Positions 1 to 13,899 of a stretch of 64,000 nucleotides of DNA are shown one piece after another (the stretch's first letter is position 1; each line of letters begins with the position of its first letter). The translations under genes were made by a program, and so were the position numbers. The notes beneath the pieces were generated by a model, which did no database searches, was not told the origin of the DNA, and saw nothing but the letters and a program-made list of their open reading frames with translations. Source of the stretch: Eledone cirrhosa (lineage: Eukaryota); assembly GCA_964016885.1 (NCBI GenBank), contig OZ024744.1, positions 12,400,001 to 12,464,000 of the forward strand, in the 5' to 3' direction.

Positions 1-50
1 GGTGGTAGTAGTGGTGAAATAACAGTAAAGGTAGTAGTAGTGGTGACATA
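1..50 (+). repeat. Degenerate copies (~1.5) of the 32-bp satellite monomer, left of the AT-rich island
   Basis: ggtggtagtagtggtgaaataacagtaaaggtagtagtagtggtgacata aligns to the consensus with substitutions and a short deletion. It probably continues beyond the left edge. Confidence 0.8.
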
Positions 51-130
51 TTGTATTTTCACAGTAAAGGCATTACCTCACATAATATCTCATAACATTT
101 ACATTACTTTATATATACTACAGTACTTTC
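51..130. other. Non-repetitive AT-rich island interrupting or bounding the array
   Basis: About 26% GC (21/80) with C>G (16 vs 5), the reverse of the array's skew. It shows no 32-bp periodicity. Confidence 0.85.
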
Positions 131-3100
131 AATAGTGTTGTAGTGGTGACATGACAGTAGTGTAGGTGGTAGTAGTGGTATCATGACAGTAGTGTAGGTG
201 GTAGTAGTGGTATCATGACAGTGGTGTGGGTGGTAGTATTGATATCATGACAGTAGTGTAGGTGGTAGGAGGGTGACATGTCAATAGTGTAGGTGGTAGT
301 AGTGGTGACATGACAGTAGTGAGGTGGTAGTAGTGGTGACATGACAGTAGTGTAGGTGGTAGTAGTGGTGACATGACAGTAGTGTAGGTGGTAAGAGGGT
401 GACATGTCAATAGTGTAGGTGGTAATAGTGGTGACATGACAGTAGTGGAGGTGGTAGTAGTGGTGACATGACAGTAGTGTAGGTGGTAGTAATAGTGACA
501 TGACAATAGTGTAGGTGGTAGTAGTAGTGACATGACAGTAGTGTAGGTGATAGTAGAGGTGACATGACAGTGGTGTAGGTGGTAGTAGTGGTGTCATGAC
601 AGTAGTGTAGGTGGTAGTAGTTGTGACATGACAGTAGTGTAGGTGTTAGTAGTGGTGACATGACAGTAGTGTAGGTGGTAGTAGTGGTGTCATGACAGTA
701 GTTTAGGTGGTAGTAGTGGTGGCATAACAGTAGTGTAGGTAGTAGTAGTGGTGACATGACAGTTGTGTAGGTGGTAGTAGTGGTGACATGACCGTAGTGT
801 AGGTGGTAGTAGTGGTGACATAACAGTAGTGTAGGTGTTAGTAGTGTTTACATGACAGTAGTGTAGGTGGTAGTAGTGGTGACATGACAGTAGTATAGGT
901 GGTAGTAGTGGTGACCTGACAGTAGTGTAGGTGGTAATAGTGGTGATATGACAATAGTGTAGGTGATAGTATTGGTGACATGAATGTAGTGTAGGTGGTA
1001 GTAGGGTGACATGACAGTAGTGTAGGTGGTAGTAGTGGTGACATAACAATAGTGTAGGTAGTAGTAGTGGTGACATGACAGTAGTGTAGGTGGTAGTAGT
1101 GGTGTCATGACAGTAGTGTTGGTGGTAGTAGTGGTGACATGACAGTAGTGTAGGTGGTAGTAGTGGTGACATGACAGTAGTGTCGGTGGTAGTAGTGGTT
1201 TCATGACAGTAGTGTAGGTGGTAGTAGTGGTGACATGACAGTACTGTAGGTGGTAGTAGTAGTGTCATGACAGTAGTGTAGGAGGTAGTAGTGGTGTCAT
1301 GACCGTAGTGTTGGTGGTAGTAGTGGTAACATGACAGTAGTGTCGGTGGTAGTAGTGGTGTCATGACAGTAGTGTAGGTGGTAGTAGTGGTGACATGACA
1401 GTACTGTAGGTGGTAGTAGTAGTGTCATGACAGTAGTGGAGGTGGTAGAATGGTGACATGACAGTAGTGTAGGTGGTAGTAGTGGTGACATAACAGTATT
1501 GAACGTGGTAGTAGTGGTGACATGACAGTAGTGTAGGTGGTAGTAGTAGTATCATGACAGTAGTGTAGGTAGTAGTAGTGGTATCATGACAGTAGTGTAG
1601 GTGGTAGTAGTGGTGACATGACAGTGATGTAGGTGGTAGTAGTGGTGTCATGACAGTAGTGTAGGTGGCAGTAGTGCTGACATGACTGTAGTGTAGGTGG
1701 TAGTAGTGGTGTCATGGCAGTAGTGTAGGTGGTAGTAGTGGTGTCATGACAGTAGTGTAGATGGTAGTAGTGGTGACATGACAGTAGTGTAGGTGGTAGT
1801 AGTGGTGTGATAACAGTAGAGTAGGTGGTAGTATGGTGACATGACAGTAGTGTAGGTGGTAGTAGTGGTGTCATGACAATAGTGTAGGTGGTAGTAGTGG
1901 TGTCATGACAGTAGTGTAGGTGGTAATAATGGTGACATGACAGTAGTGTAGGTGGTAGTAGTGGTATCATGACAGTAGTGTAAAGAGTAGTAGTGGTGAC
2001 ATAACAGTAGTGTAGGTGGTAGTAGTGGTGACATGACAGTGGTGTAGGTGATAGTAGTGGTGACATGACAGTAGTGTAGGTGGTAGTAGTGGTGACATGA
2101 GAGTAGTGTAGGTGGTAGTAGTGGTGTCATGACAATAGTGTAAGTGGTAGTAATAGTGACATGACAGTAGTGTAGGTGGTAGTAGGGTGACATGACAGTT
2201 GTGTAGGTGGTAGTAGTGGTGAAATGACAGTAGTATAGGTAGTAGTAGTGGTGACATCACAGTAGTGTAGGTAGTAGTGGTGGCAAAACAGTAGTGTAAG
2301 TGGTTGTAATGGTGACATGACAGTAGTGTAGGTGGTAGTAGTGATGACGTGACAGTAGTGTAGGTGGTAGTTGTGGTGACATGACAGTAGTGTAGGTGGT
2401 AGTAGTGGTGACATGACAGTAGTGTAGGTGGTAATAGTGGTGACATGACAGTAGTGTAGGTGGTAGTATTGGTGACATGACAGTAGTGTAGGTGGTAGTA
2501 GGGTGACATGACAGTAGTGTAGGTGGTAGTAGTGGTGACATGACAGTAGTGTAGGTGGTAGTAGTGGTGAAATGACAGTAGTGTAGGTGGGAGTAGTGGT
2601 GACATGACAGTAGTGTAGGTGCTAGTAGGGTGACATGACAGTTGTGTAGGTGGTAGTAGTGGTGTCATGACAATAGTGTAGGTTGTAGTAGTGGTGAAAT
2701 GACAGTAGTATAGGTGGTAGTAGCGGTGACATCACAGTAGTGTAGGTAGTAGTGGTGGCAAAACAGTAGTGTAAGTGGTTGTAATGGTGACATGACAGTA
2801 GTGTAGGTGGTAGTAGGGTGACATGACAGTTGTGTAGTAGGTAGTAGTGGTGACATGACAGTAGTGTAGGTGGTAGTAGGGTGACATGACAGTAGTGTAG
2901 TAGGTAGTAGTGGTGACATGACAGTAGTGTAGGTGGTAGTAGTGGTGACATGACAGTAGTGTAGGTGGTAGTAGTGGTGACATGACAGTAGTGTAGGTGG
3001 TAATAGTGGTGACATGACAGTAGTGTAGGTGGTAGTATTGGTGACATGACAGTAGTGTAGGTGGTAGTAGGGTGACATGACAGTAGTGTAGGTGGTAGTA

Positions 3101-5281
3101 GTGGTGTCATGACAATAGTGTAGGTGGTAGTAGTGGTGTCATGACAGTAGTGTAGGTGGTAGTAGTGGTGACATGACAGTAGTGTAGGTGGTAGTAGTGG
3201 TATCATGACAGTAGTGTAGGTAGTAGTAGTGGTGACATAACAGTAGTGTAGGTGGAAGTAGTGGTGACATGACAGTGGTGTAGGTAGTAGTAGTGGTGAC
3301 ATGACAGTAGTGTAGGTGGTAGTAGTGGTGACATGAGAGTAGTGTAGGTGGTAGTAGTGGTGACAGGACAGTAGTGTAGGTGGTAGTAGTGGTATGATGA
3401 CAGTAGTGTAGGTAGTAGTAGTGGTATCATGACAGTAGTGTAGGTGGTAGTAGTGGTGACATGACAGTGGTGTAGGTGGTAGTAGTGGTGACATGACAGT
3501 AGTGTAGGTGAGAGTAGCAGTGACATGACAGTAGTGTAGGTGGTAGTAGTGGTGTCATGACAGTAGTGTAGGAGGTAGAAGTGGTGACATGACAGTAGTG
3601 TAGGTGGTAGTAGTGGTGACATGTCAGTAGTGTAGGTGGTAGTAGTGGTGTCATGACAGTAGTGTAGTTGGTAGTAGTGGTGTCATGACAGTAGTGTAGG
3701 TGGTAGTAGTGGTGTCATGACAGTAGTGTAGGTGGTAGTAGTGGTGACATGACAGTAGTGTAGGTGGTAGTAGTGGTGTCATGACAGTAGTGTAGGTGGT
3801 AGTAGTGGTGACATGACAGTAGTGTAGGTGAGAGTAGCAGTGACATGACAGTAGTGTAGGTGGTAGTAGTGGTGACATGACAGTACTGTAGGTGGTAGTA
3901 GTAGTGCCATGACAGTAGTGTAGGTGGTAGTAGTGGTGTCATGACAGTAGTGTAGGTGGTAGTAGTGGTGTCATGACAATAGTGTAGGTGGTAGTAGTGG
4001 TGACATGACAGTAATGGAGGTGGTAGTAGTGGTATCATGACAGGAGTGTAGGTTTGTAGTAGTGGTATCATGACAGTAGTGTAGGTGGTAGTAGTGGTGA
4101 CATAATAGTAGTGTACGTGGTAGTAGTGGTGACATGACAGTAGTGTAGGTGGTAGTAGTGGTATCATGACAGGAGTGTAGGTTTGTAGTAGTGGTATCAT
4201 GACAGTAGTGTAGGTGGTAGTAGTGGTGTCATGACAGTAGTGTAGGTGGTAGTAGTGGTATCATGACAGTAGTGTAGGTGGTAGTGGTGACATGACAGTG
4301 GTGTAGGTGGTAGTAGTAGTGTCATGACAGTAGTGTAGGTGGTAGTAGTGGTGACATGACTGTAGTGTAGGTGGTAGTAGTGGTGTCATGACAGTTGTGT
4401 AGGTGGTAGTAGTGGTGTCATGACAGTAGTGTAGGTGGTAGTAGAGGTGCCATGACAGTAGTGTAAGTGTTAGTAATAGTGACATGACAGTCGTGTAGGT
4501 GGTAGTAGTGGTGACATGACCGTAGTGTAGGTGGTAGTAGTGGTGACATGACAGTAGTGTAGGTAGTAGTAGTGGTATCATGACAGTAGTGTAGGTAGTA
4601 GTAGTGGTATCATGACAGTAGTGTAAGTGGTAGTAATAGTGACATGACAGTAGTGTAGGTGGTAGTAGTGGAGACATAACAGTATTGTAGGTGGTAGTAG
4701 TGGTATCATGACAGTAGTGTAGGTAGTAGTAGTGGTATCATGACAGTAGTGTAGTTGGTAGTAGTGCTGACATAACAGTAGTGTAGGTGGTAGTAGTGTT
4801 GACATGACAGTAGTGTAGGTGAGAGTAGCGGTGACATGACAGTAGTGTAGGTGGTAGTAGGGTGACATGACAGTTGTGTAGGTGGTAGTAGTGGTGTCAT
4901 GACAATAGTGTAGGTGGTAGTAGTGGTGAAATGACAGTAGTATAGGTGGTAGTAGTTGTGACATCACAGTAGTGTAGGTAGTAGTGGTGGCAAAACAGTA
5001 GTGTAAGTGGTTGTAGTGGTGACATGACAGTAGTGTAGGTGGTAGTAGTGGTGACATAACAGTAGTGTAGGTGGTAGTATTGATGACATGACAGTAGTGT
5101 AAGTGGTAGTAGTGGTATCATGACAGTAGTGTAGGTGGAAGTAGTGGTGTGATAACAGTAGTGTAGGTGGTAGTAGTGGTGTCATGACAGTAGTTTAGGT
5201 GGTAGTAGAGGTGACATGACAGTGGTGTAGGTGGTAGTAGTGGTGTCATGACAATAGTGTAGGTGGTGGTAGTGGTGATAT

Positions 5282-6290
5282 GACAGTAGTGTAGGTGGGA
5301 GTAGTGGTGACATGACAGTAGTGTAGGTGGTAGTTGGGTGACATGACAGTTGTGTAGGTGGTAGCAGTGGTGTCATGACAATAGTGTAGGTGGTAGTAGT
5401 GGTGAAATGACAGTAGTATAGGTGGTAGTAGTGGTGACATCACAGTAGTGTAGGTAGTAGTGGTGGCGAAACAGTAGTGTAAGTGGTTGTAGTGGTGACA
5501 TGACAGTAGTGTAGGTGGTAGTAGTGGTGACAAGACAGTAGTGTAGGTGGTAGTAGTGGTGACATGACAGTAGTGTAGGTGGTAGTAGTGGTGACGTAAC
5601 AGTAGTGTAGGTGGTAGTAGTGGTATCATGACAGTAGTGTAGGTGGAAGTAGTGGTGTGATAACAGTAGTGTAGGTGGTAGTAGATGTGTCATGACAGTA
5701 GTTTAGGTGGTAGTAGAGCTGACATGACAGTGTTGTAGGTGGTAGTAGTGGTGTCAGGACAATAGTGTATGTGGTAGTAGTGGTGTCATGACAGTAGTGT
5801 AGGTGGTAGTAGTGGTGACATGACAGTGGTGTAGGTGGTAGTAGTGGTGAAATGACAATAGTGTAGGTGGTAGTAGTGGTGACATGACAGTAGTGTAGGT
5901 GGGAGTAGTGGTATCATGACAGTAGTGTAGGTGGTAGTATTGGTGACATGACCGTAGTGTAGGTGGGAGTAGTGGTGACATGACAGTAGTGTAGGTGGTA
6001 GTTGGGTGACATGACAGTTGTGTAGGTGGTAGCAGTGGTGTCATGACAATAGTGTAGGTGGTAGTAGTGGTGAAATGACAGTAGTATAGGTGGTAGTAGT
6101 GGTGACATCACAGTAGTGTAGGTAGTAGTGGTGGCAAAACAGTAGTGTAAGTGGTTGTAGTGGTGACATGACAGTAGTGTAGGTGGTAGTAGTGGTGACA
6201 AGACAGTAGTGTAGGTGGTAGTAGTGGTGACATGACAGTAGTGTAGGTGGTAGTAGTGGTGACGTAACAGTAGTGTAGGTGGTAGTAGTG
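5282..6290 (+). repeat. Local duplication within the array, 668-bp offset
   Basis: Rare variants pair at a 668 offset: gttggg 5333/6001, caagacag 5531/6199, gacgtaac 5593/6261. Confidence 0.85.
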
Positions 6291-8013
6291 GTGTCATGAC
6301 AATAGTGTAGGTGGTGGTAGTGGTGACATGACAGTAGTGTAGGTGGTAGTAGTGGTGACATGACAGTAGGGTAGGTGGTAGTAGGGTGACATGAGAGTAG
6401 TGTAGGTGGTAGTAGTGGTGTCAGGACAATAGTGTATGTAGTAGTAGTGGTGTCATGACAGTAGTGTAGGTGGTAGTAGTGGTGACATGACAGTGGTGTA
6501 GGTGGTAGTAGTGGTGAAATGACAATAGTGTAGGTGGTAGTAGTGGTGACATGACAGTAGTGTAGGTGGGAGTAGTGGTGACATGACAGTAGTGTAGGTG
6601 GTAGTAGGGTGACATAACAGTTGTGTAGGTGGTAGTAGTTGTGTCATGACAATAGTGTAGGTGGTAGTAGTGGTGAAATGACAGTAGTATAGGTGGTAGT
6701 AGTGGTGACATCACAGTAGTGTAGGTAGTAGTGGTGGCAAAACAGTAGTGTAAGTGGTTGTAGTGGTGACATGACAGTAGTGTAGGTGGTAGTAGTGGTG
6801 ACATAACAATAGTGTAGGTGGTAGTAGTGGTGACATGACAGTAGTGTAGGTGGTAGTAGGGTGACATGACAGTAGTGTAAGTGGTTGTAGTGGTGACATG
6901 ACAGTAGTGTAGGTGGTAGTAATGGTGACATAACAGTAGTGTAGGTGGTAGTTGTTGTGACATGACAGTAGTGTAGGTGGTAGTAGTGGTATCATGACAG
7001 TAGTGTAGGTGGAAGTAGTGCTGTGATAACAGTAGTGTCGGTGGTAGTGGTGGTGTCATGAGAGTAGTTTAGGGGTTAGTAGAGGTGACATGACAGTGGT
7101 GTAGGTGGTATTAGTTGTATCATGACAGTAGTGTAGGTGGTAGTAGTGGTGACATGACAGTAGTATAGGTGATAGTAGTGGTATCATGACAGTAGTGTAG
7201 GTGGTAGTAGTGGTGGCATGACAGTAGTGTAAGTGGTTGTAGTGGTGACATGACAGTAGTGTAGGTGGTAGTAGTTGTGACATAACAGTAGTGTAGGTGG
7301 TAGTAGTGGTGACATGACTGTAGTGTAGGTGGTAGTAGTGGTGTCATGACATTAGTGTAGGTGGTAGTAGTGGTGTCATGACAGTAGTGTAGGTGGTAGT
7401 AGTGGTGTCATGACAGTAGTGTAAGTGGTAGTAATAGTGACATGACAGTAGTGTAGGTGGTAGTAGTGGTGACATGACAGTAGTGTAGGTGGTAGTAGTG
7501 GTGACAGGACAGTAGTGTAGGTGGTAGTAGTGGTGTCATGACAGTAGTGTAGGTGGTAGTAGTGGTGACATGACTGTAGTGTAGGTGGTAGTAGTGGTGA
7601 CATGACAGTAGTGTAGGTGGTAGCAATGGTGTGATAACAGTAGTGTGAGTGGTAGTAGGGTGACATGACAGTAGTGTAGGTGGTAGTAGTGGTGTCATGA
7701 CAATAGTGTAGGTGGTAGCAGTGGTGTCATGACAGTAGTGTAGGTGGTAGTAGTGGTGACATGACAGTAGTGTAGGTGGTAGAAGTGGTGACATGACGGT
7801 ACTGTAGGTGGTAGTAGTAGTGTCATGACAGTAGTTTAGGTGGTAGTAGTGGTGTCATGACAGTAATGTAGGTGGTAGTAGCGGTGACATGACAGTGGTG
7901 TAGGCGGTAGTAGTGGTGGCATGACAATAGTGTAGGTGGTAGTAGGGTGACATGACAGTTGTGTAGGTGGTAGTAGTGGTGTCATGACAATAGTGTAGGT
8001 GGTAGCAGTGGTG

Positions 8014-10210
8014 TCATGACAGTAGTGTAGGTGGTAGTAGTGGTGACATGACAGTAGTGTAGGTGGTAGTAGTGGTGACATGACAGTAGTGTAGGTGGAA
8101 GTAGTGGTGTGATAACAGTAGTGTAGGTGGTAGTAGTGGTGTCATGACAGTAATGTAGGTGGTAGTAGCGGTGACATGACAGTGGTGTAGGTGGTAGTAG
8201 TGGTGACATGACAATAGTGTAGGTGGTAGTAGGGTGACATGACAGTTGTGTAGGTGGTGGTAGTGGTGTCATGACAATAGTGTAGGTGGTAGTAGTGGTG
8301 AAATGACAGTAGTACAGGTGGTAGTAGTGGTGACATCACAGTAGTGTAGGTAGTAGTAGTGGCAAAACAGTAGTGTAAGTTGTTGTAATGGTGACATGAC
8401 AGTAGTGTAGGTGGTAGTAGTGGTGACATGACAGTAGTGTAGGTGATAGTAGTGGTGACATGACAGTAGTGTAGGTGGTAGTAGTGGTGACATGACAGTA
8501 GTGTAGGTGGTAATAGTGGTGACATGACAGTAGTGTAGGTGTTAGTATTGTTGACATGACAGTAGTGTAGGTGGTAGTAGGGTGACATGACAGTAGTGTA
8601 GGTGGTAGTAGTGGTGTCATGACAATAGTGTAGGTGGTAGTAGTGGTTTCATGACAGTAGTGTAGGTGGTAGTAGTGGTGACATGACAGTAGTGTAGGTG
8701 GTAGTAGTGGTATCATGACAGTAGTGTAGGTAGTAGTAGTGGTGACATAACAGTAGTGTAGGTGGTATTAGTGGTGACATGACAGTGGTGTAGGTGGTAG
8801 TAGTGGTGACATGAGAGTAGTGTAGGTGGTAGTAGTAGTGACATGAGAGTAGTGTAGGTGGTAGTAGTGGTGTGATAACAGTAGTGTAGGTGGTAGTAGT
8901 GGTGACATGACAGTAGTGTTGGTGGTAGTAGTGGTGACATGACAGTAGTGTAGGTGGTAGTAGTGGTGTCATGACAGTAGTGTAGGTGGTTGTAGTGGTG
9001 ACATGACTGTAGTGTAGGTGGTAGTAGTGGTGACATGACAGTAGTGTAGGTGGTAGTAATGGTGTGATAACAGTAGTGTAAGTGGTAGTAGGGTGACATG
9101 ACAGTAGTGTAAGTGGTAGTAGTGGTGTCATGACAATAGTGTAGGTGGTAGTAGTGGTGTCATGACATTAGTGTAGGTGGTAGTAGTGGTGACATGAGAG
9201 TAGTGTAGGTGGTTGTAGTGGTGACATGACAGTACTGTAGGTGGTAGTAGTAGTGTCATGACAGTAGTTTAGGTGGTAGTAGAGCTGTCATGACAGTAGT
9301 GTAGGTGGTAGTAGTGGTGACATGACAGTAGTGTAGGTGGTAGTAGTGGTGACATGACAGTAGTGTAGGTGGAAGTAGTGGTGTGATAACAGTAGTGTAG
9401 GTGGTAGTAGTGGTGTCATGACAGTAATGTAGGTGGTAGTAGCGGTGACATGACAGTGGTGTAGGTGGTAGTAGTGGTGACATGACAATAGTGTAGGTGG
9501 TAGTAGGGTGACATGACAGTTGTGTAGGTGGTAGTAGTGGTGTCATGACAATAGTGTAGGTGGTAGTAGTGGTGAAATGACAGTAGTACAGGTGGTAGTA
9601 GTGGTGACATCACAGTAGTGTAGGTAGTAGTGGTGGCAAAACAGTAGTGTAAGTGGTTGTAATGGTGACATGACAGTAGTGTAGGTGGTAGTAGTGGTGA
9701 CATGACAGTAGTGTAGGTGGTAGTAGTGGTGACATGACAGTAGTGTAGGTGGTAATAGTGGTGACATGACAGTAGTGTAGGTGTTAGTATTGTTGACATG
9801 ACAGTAGTGTAGGTGGTAGTAGGGTGACATGACAGTAGTGTAGGTGGTAGTAGTGGTGTCATGACAATAGTGTAGGTGGTAGTAGTGGTGTCATGACAGT
9901 AGTGTAGGTGGTAGTAGTGGTAACATGACAGTAGTGTAGGTGGTAGTAGTGGTATCATGACAGTAGTGTAGGTAGAAGTAGTGGTGACATAACAGTAGTG
10001 TAGGTGGTATTAGTGGTGACATGACAGTGGTGTAGGTGGTAGTAGTGGTGACATGAGAGTAGTGTAGGTGGTAGTAGTAGTGACATGAGAGTAGTGTAGG
10101 TGGTAGTAGTGGTGTGATAACAGTAGTGTAGGTGGTAGTAGTGGTGACATGACAGTAGTGTAGGTGGTAGTAGTGGTGACATGACAGTAGTGTAGGTGGT
10201 AGTAGTGGTG
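8014..10210 (+). repeat. Duplicated block, offset 1274 bp falling to 1242 bp (one monomer lost)
   Basis: ggaagtag 8097/9371 and agtacagg 8311/9585 give 1274. tattgttgac 8546/9788 gives 1242. Related copies occur near 14.8-15.3 kb and 18.0-18.5 kb. Confidence 0.8.
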
Positions 10211-13200
10211 TCATGACAGTAGTGTAGGTGGTAGTAGTGGTGACATGACAGTTGTGTAGGTGGTAGTAGTGATGACATGACAATAGTGTAGGTGGTAGTA
10301 GTGTTGACATGACAGTAGTGTAGGTGAGAGTAGCGGTGACATGACAGTAGTGTAGGTGGTAGTAGGGTGACATGACAGTTGTGTAGGTGGTAGTAGTGGT
10401 GTCATGACAATAGTGTAGGTGGTAGTAGTGGTGAAATGACAGTAGTATAGGTGGTAGTAGTTGTGACATCACAGAAGTGTAGGTAGTAGTGGTGGCAAAA
10501 CAGTAGTGTAAGTGGTTGTAGTGGTGTCATGACAGTAGTGTAGGTGGTAGTAGTGGTGACATAACAGTAGTGTAGGTGGTAGTATTGGTGACATGACAGT
10601 AGTGTAAGTGGTAGTAGTGGTATTATGACAGTAGTGTAGGTGGAAGTAGTGGTGTGATAACAGTAGTGTAGGTGGTAGTAGTGTTGTCATGACAGTAGTT
10701 TAGGTGGTAGTAGAGGTGACATGACAGTGGTGTAGGTGGTAGTAGTGGTGTCATGACAATAGTGTAGGTGGTGGTAGTGGTGACATGACAGTAGTGTAGG
10801 TGGTAGTAGTGGTATCATGACAGTAGTGTAGGTGGTAGTAGTGGTGACATGACCGTAGTGTAGGTGGGAGTAGTGGTGACATGACAGTAGTGTAGGTGAT
10901 AGTTGGGTGACATGACAGTTGTGTAAGTGGCAGTAGTGGTGTCATGACAATAGTGTAGGTGGTAGTAGTGGTGAAATGACAGTAGTATAGGTGGTAGTAG
11001 TGGTGACATCGCAGTAGTGTAGGTAGTAGTGGTGGCAAAACAGTAGCGTAAGTGGTTGTAGTGGTGACATGACAGTAGTATAGGTGGTAGTAGTGGTGAC
11101 ATGACAGTAGTGTAGGTGGTAGTAGAGGTGACATGACAGTAGTGTAGGTGGTAGTGGTGGTGACATAACAGTAGTGTAGGTGGTAGTAGTGGTATCATGA
11201 CAGTAGTGTAGGTGGAAGTAGTGGTGTGATAACAGTAGTGTAGGTGGTAGTAGTGGTGTCATGACAGTAGTTTAGGTGGTAGTAGAGGTGACATGACAGT
11301 GGTGTAGGTGGTAGTAGTGGTGTCATGACAATAGTGTAGGTGGTGGTAGTGGTGACATGACAGTAGTGTAGGTGGTAGTAGTGGTGACATGACAGTAGGG
11401 TAGGTGGTAGTAGGGTGACATGACAGTAGTGTAGGTGGTAGTAGTGGTGTCAGGACAATAGTGTAGGTGGTAGTAGTGGTGACATGACAGTAGTGTAGGT
11501 GGTAGTAGTGGTGACATGACAGTGGTGTAGGTGGTAGTAGTGATGACATGACAATAGTGTAGGTGGTAGTAGTGGTGACATGACAGTAGTGTAGGTGGGA
11601 GTAGTGATGACATGACAGTAGTGTAGGTGGTAGTAGGGTGACATAACAGTTGTGTAGGTGGTAGTAGTTGTGTCATGACAATAGTGTAGGTGGTAGTAGT
11701 GGTGACATCACAGTAGTGTAGGTAGTAGTGGTGGCAAAACAGTAGTGTAAGTGGTTGTAGTGGTGACATGACAGTAGTGTAGGTGGTAGTAGTGGTATCA
11801 TGACAGTAGTGTAGGTGGAAGTATTGGTGTGATAACAGTAGTGTCGATGGTAGTGGTGGTGTCATGATAGTAGTTTAGGGGTTAGTAGAGGTGACATGAC
11901 AGTGGTGTAGGTGGTATTAGTTGTATCATGACAGTAGTGTAGGTGGTAGTAGTGGTGACATGACAGTAGTATAGGTGATAGTAGTGGTATCATGACAGTA
12001 GTGTAGGTGGTAGTAGGGTGACATGTCAGTAGTGTAGGTGGTAGTAGTGGTGGCATGACAGTAGTGTAAGTGGTTGTAGTGGTGACATGACAGTAGTGTA
12101 GGTGGTAGTAGTGGTGACATAACAGTAGTGTAGGTGGTAGTAGTGGTGTCATGACAGTAGTTTAGGTGGTAGTAGAGGTGACATGACAGTGGTGTAGGTG
12201 GTAGTAGTGGTGTCATGACAAAAGTGTAGGTGGTGTTAGTGGTGACATGACAGTAGTGTAGGTGGTAGTAGTGGTAGTATGACAGTAGTGTAGGTGGTAG
12301 TAGTGGTGACATGACCGTAGTGTAGGTGGGAGTAGTGGTGACATGACAGTAGTGTAGGTGGTAGTTGGGTGACATGACAGATGTGTAGGTGGTAGTAGTG
12401 GTGTCATGACAATAGTGTAGGTGGTAGTAGTGGTGAAATGACAGTAGTATAGGTGGTAGTAGTGGTGACATCAGAGTAGTGTAGGTAGTAGTCGTGGCAA
12501 AACAGTAGTGTAAGTGGTTGTAGTGGTGACATGACAGTAGTGTAGGTGCTAGTAGTGGTGACATGACAGTAGTGTAGGTGGTAATAGTGGTGACATGACA
12601 GTAGTGTAGGTGGTAGTAGTGGTGACATGACAGTAGTGTAGGTGGTAGTAGTGGTGACATAACAGTAGTGTAGGTGGTAGTAGTGGTATCATGACAGTAG
12701 TGTAGGTGGAAGTAGTGGTGTGAAAACAGTAGTGTAGGTGGTAGTAGTGGTGTCATGACAGTAGTTTAGGTGGTAGTAGAGGTGACATGACAGTGGTGTA
12801 GGTGGTAGTAGTGGTGTCATGACAATAGTGTAGGTGGTGGTAGTGGTGACATGACAGTAGTGTAGGTGGTAGTAGTGGTGACATGACAGTAGGGTAGGTG
12901 GTTGTAAGGTGACATGACAGTAGTGTAGGTGGTAGTAGTGGTGTCAGGACAATAGTGTAGGAGGTAGTAGTGGTCACATGACAGTAGTGTAGGTGGTAGT
13001 AGTGGTTACATGACAGTGGTGTAGGTGGTAGTAGTGGTGACATGACAATAGTGTAGGTGGTAGTAGTGGTGACATGACAGTAGTGTAGGTGGGAGTAGTG
13101 GTGACATGACAGTAGTGTAGGTGGTAGTAGGGTGACATAACAGTTGTGTAGGTGGTAGTAGTTGTGTCATGACAATAGTGTAGGTGGTAGTAGTGGTGAA

Positions 13201-13899
13201 ATGACAGTAGTATAGGTGGTAGTAGTGGTGACATCACAGTAGTGTAGGTAGTAGTGGTGGCAAAACAGTAGTGTAAGTGGTTGTAGTGGTGACATGACAG
13301 TAGTGTAGGTGCTAGTAGTGGTGACATGACAGTAGTGTAGGTGGTAATAGTGGTGACATGACAGTAGTGTAGGTGGTAGTAGTGGTGACATGACAGTAGT
13401 GTAGGTGGTAGTAGTGGTGACATAACAGTAGTGTAGGTGGTAGTAGTGGTATCATGACAGTAGTGTAGGTGGAAGTAGTGGTGTGATAACAGTAGTGTCG
13501 GTGGTAGTAGTGGTGTCATGAGAGTAGTTTAGGGGGTAGTAGAGGTGAAATGACAGTAGGGTAGGTGGTAGTAGGGTGACATGACAGTAGTGTAGGTGGT
13601 AGTAGTGGTGTCAGGACAATAGTGTAAGTGGTAGTAGTGGTGACATGACAGTAGTGTAGGTGGTAGTAGTGGTGACATGACAGTGGTGTAGGTGGTAGTA
13701 GTGGTGACATGACAATAGTGTAGGTGGTAGTAGTGGTGACATGACAATAGTGTAGGTGGGAGTAGTGGTGACATGACAGTAGTGTAGGTGGTAGTAGGGT
13801 GACATAACAGTTGTGTAGGTGGTAGTAGTTGTGTCATGACAATAGTGTAGGTGGTAGTAGTGGTGAAATGACAGTAGTATAGGTGGTAGTAGTGGTGAC

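Noticed and set aside
274-410. p53 response element (GACATGTC variants)
   Set aside because: These are isolated imperfect half-sites (TGACATGTCA mismatches RRRCWWGYYY at both ends) with no adjacent second half-site.
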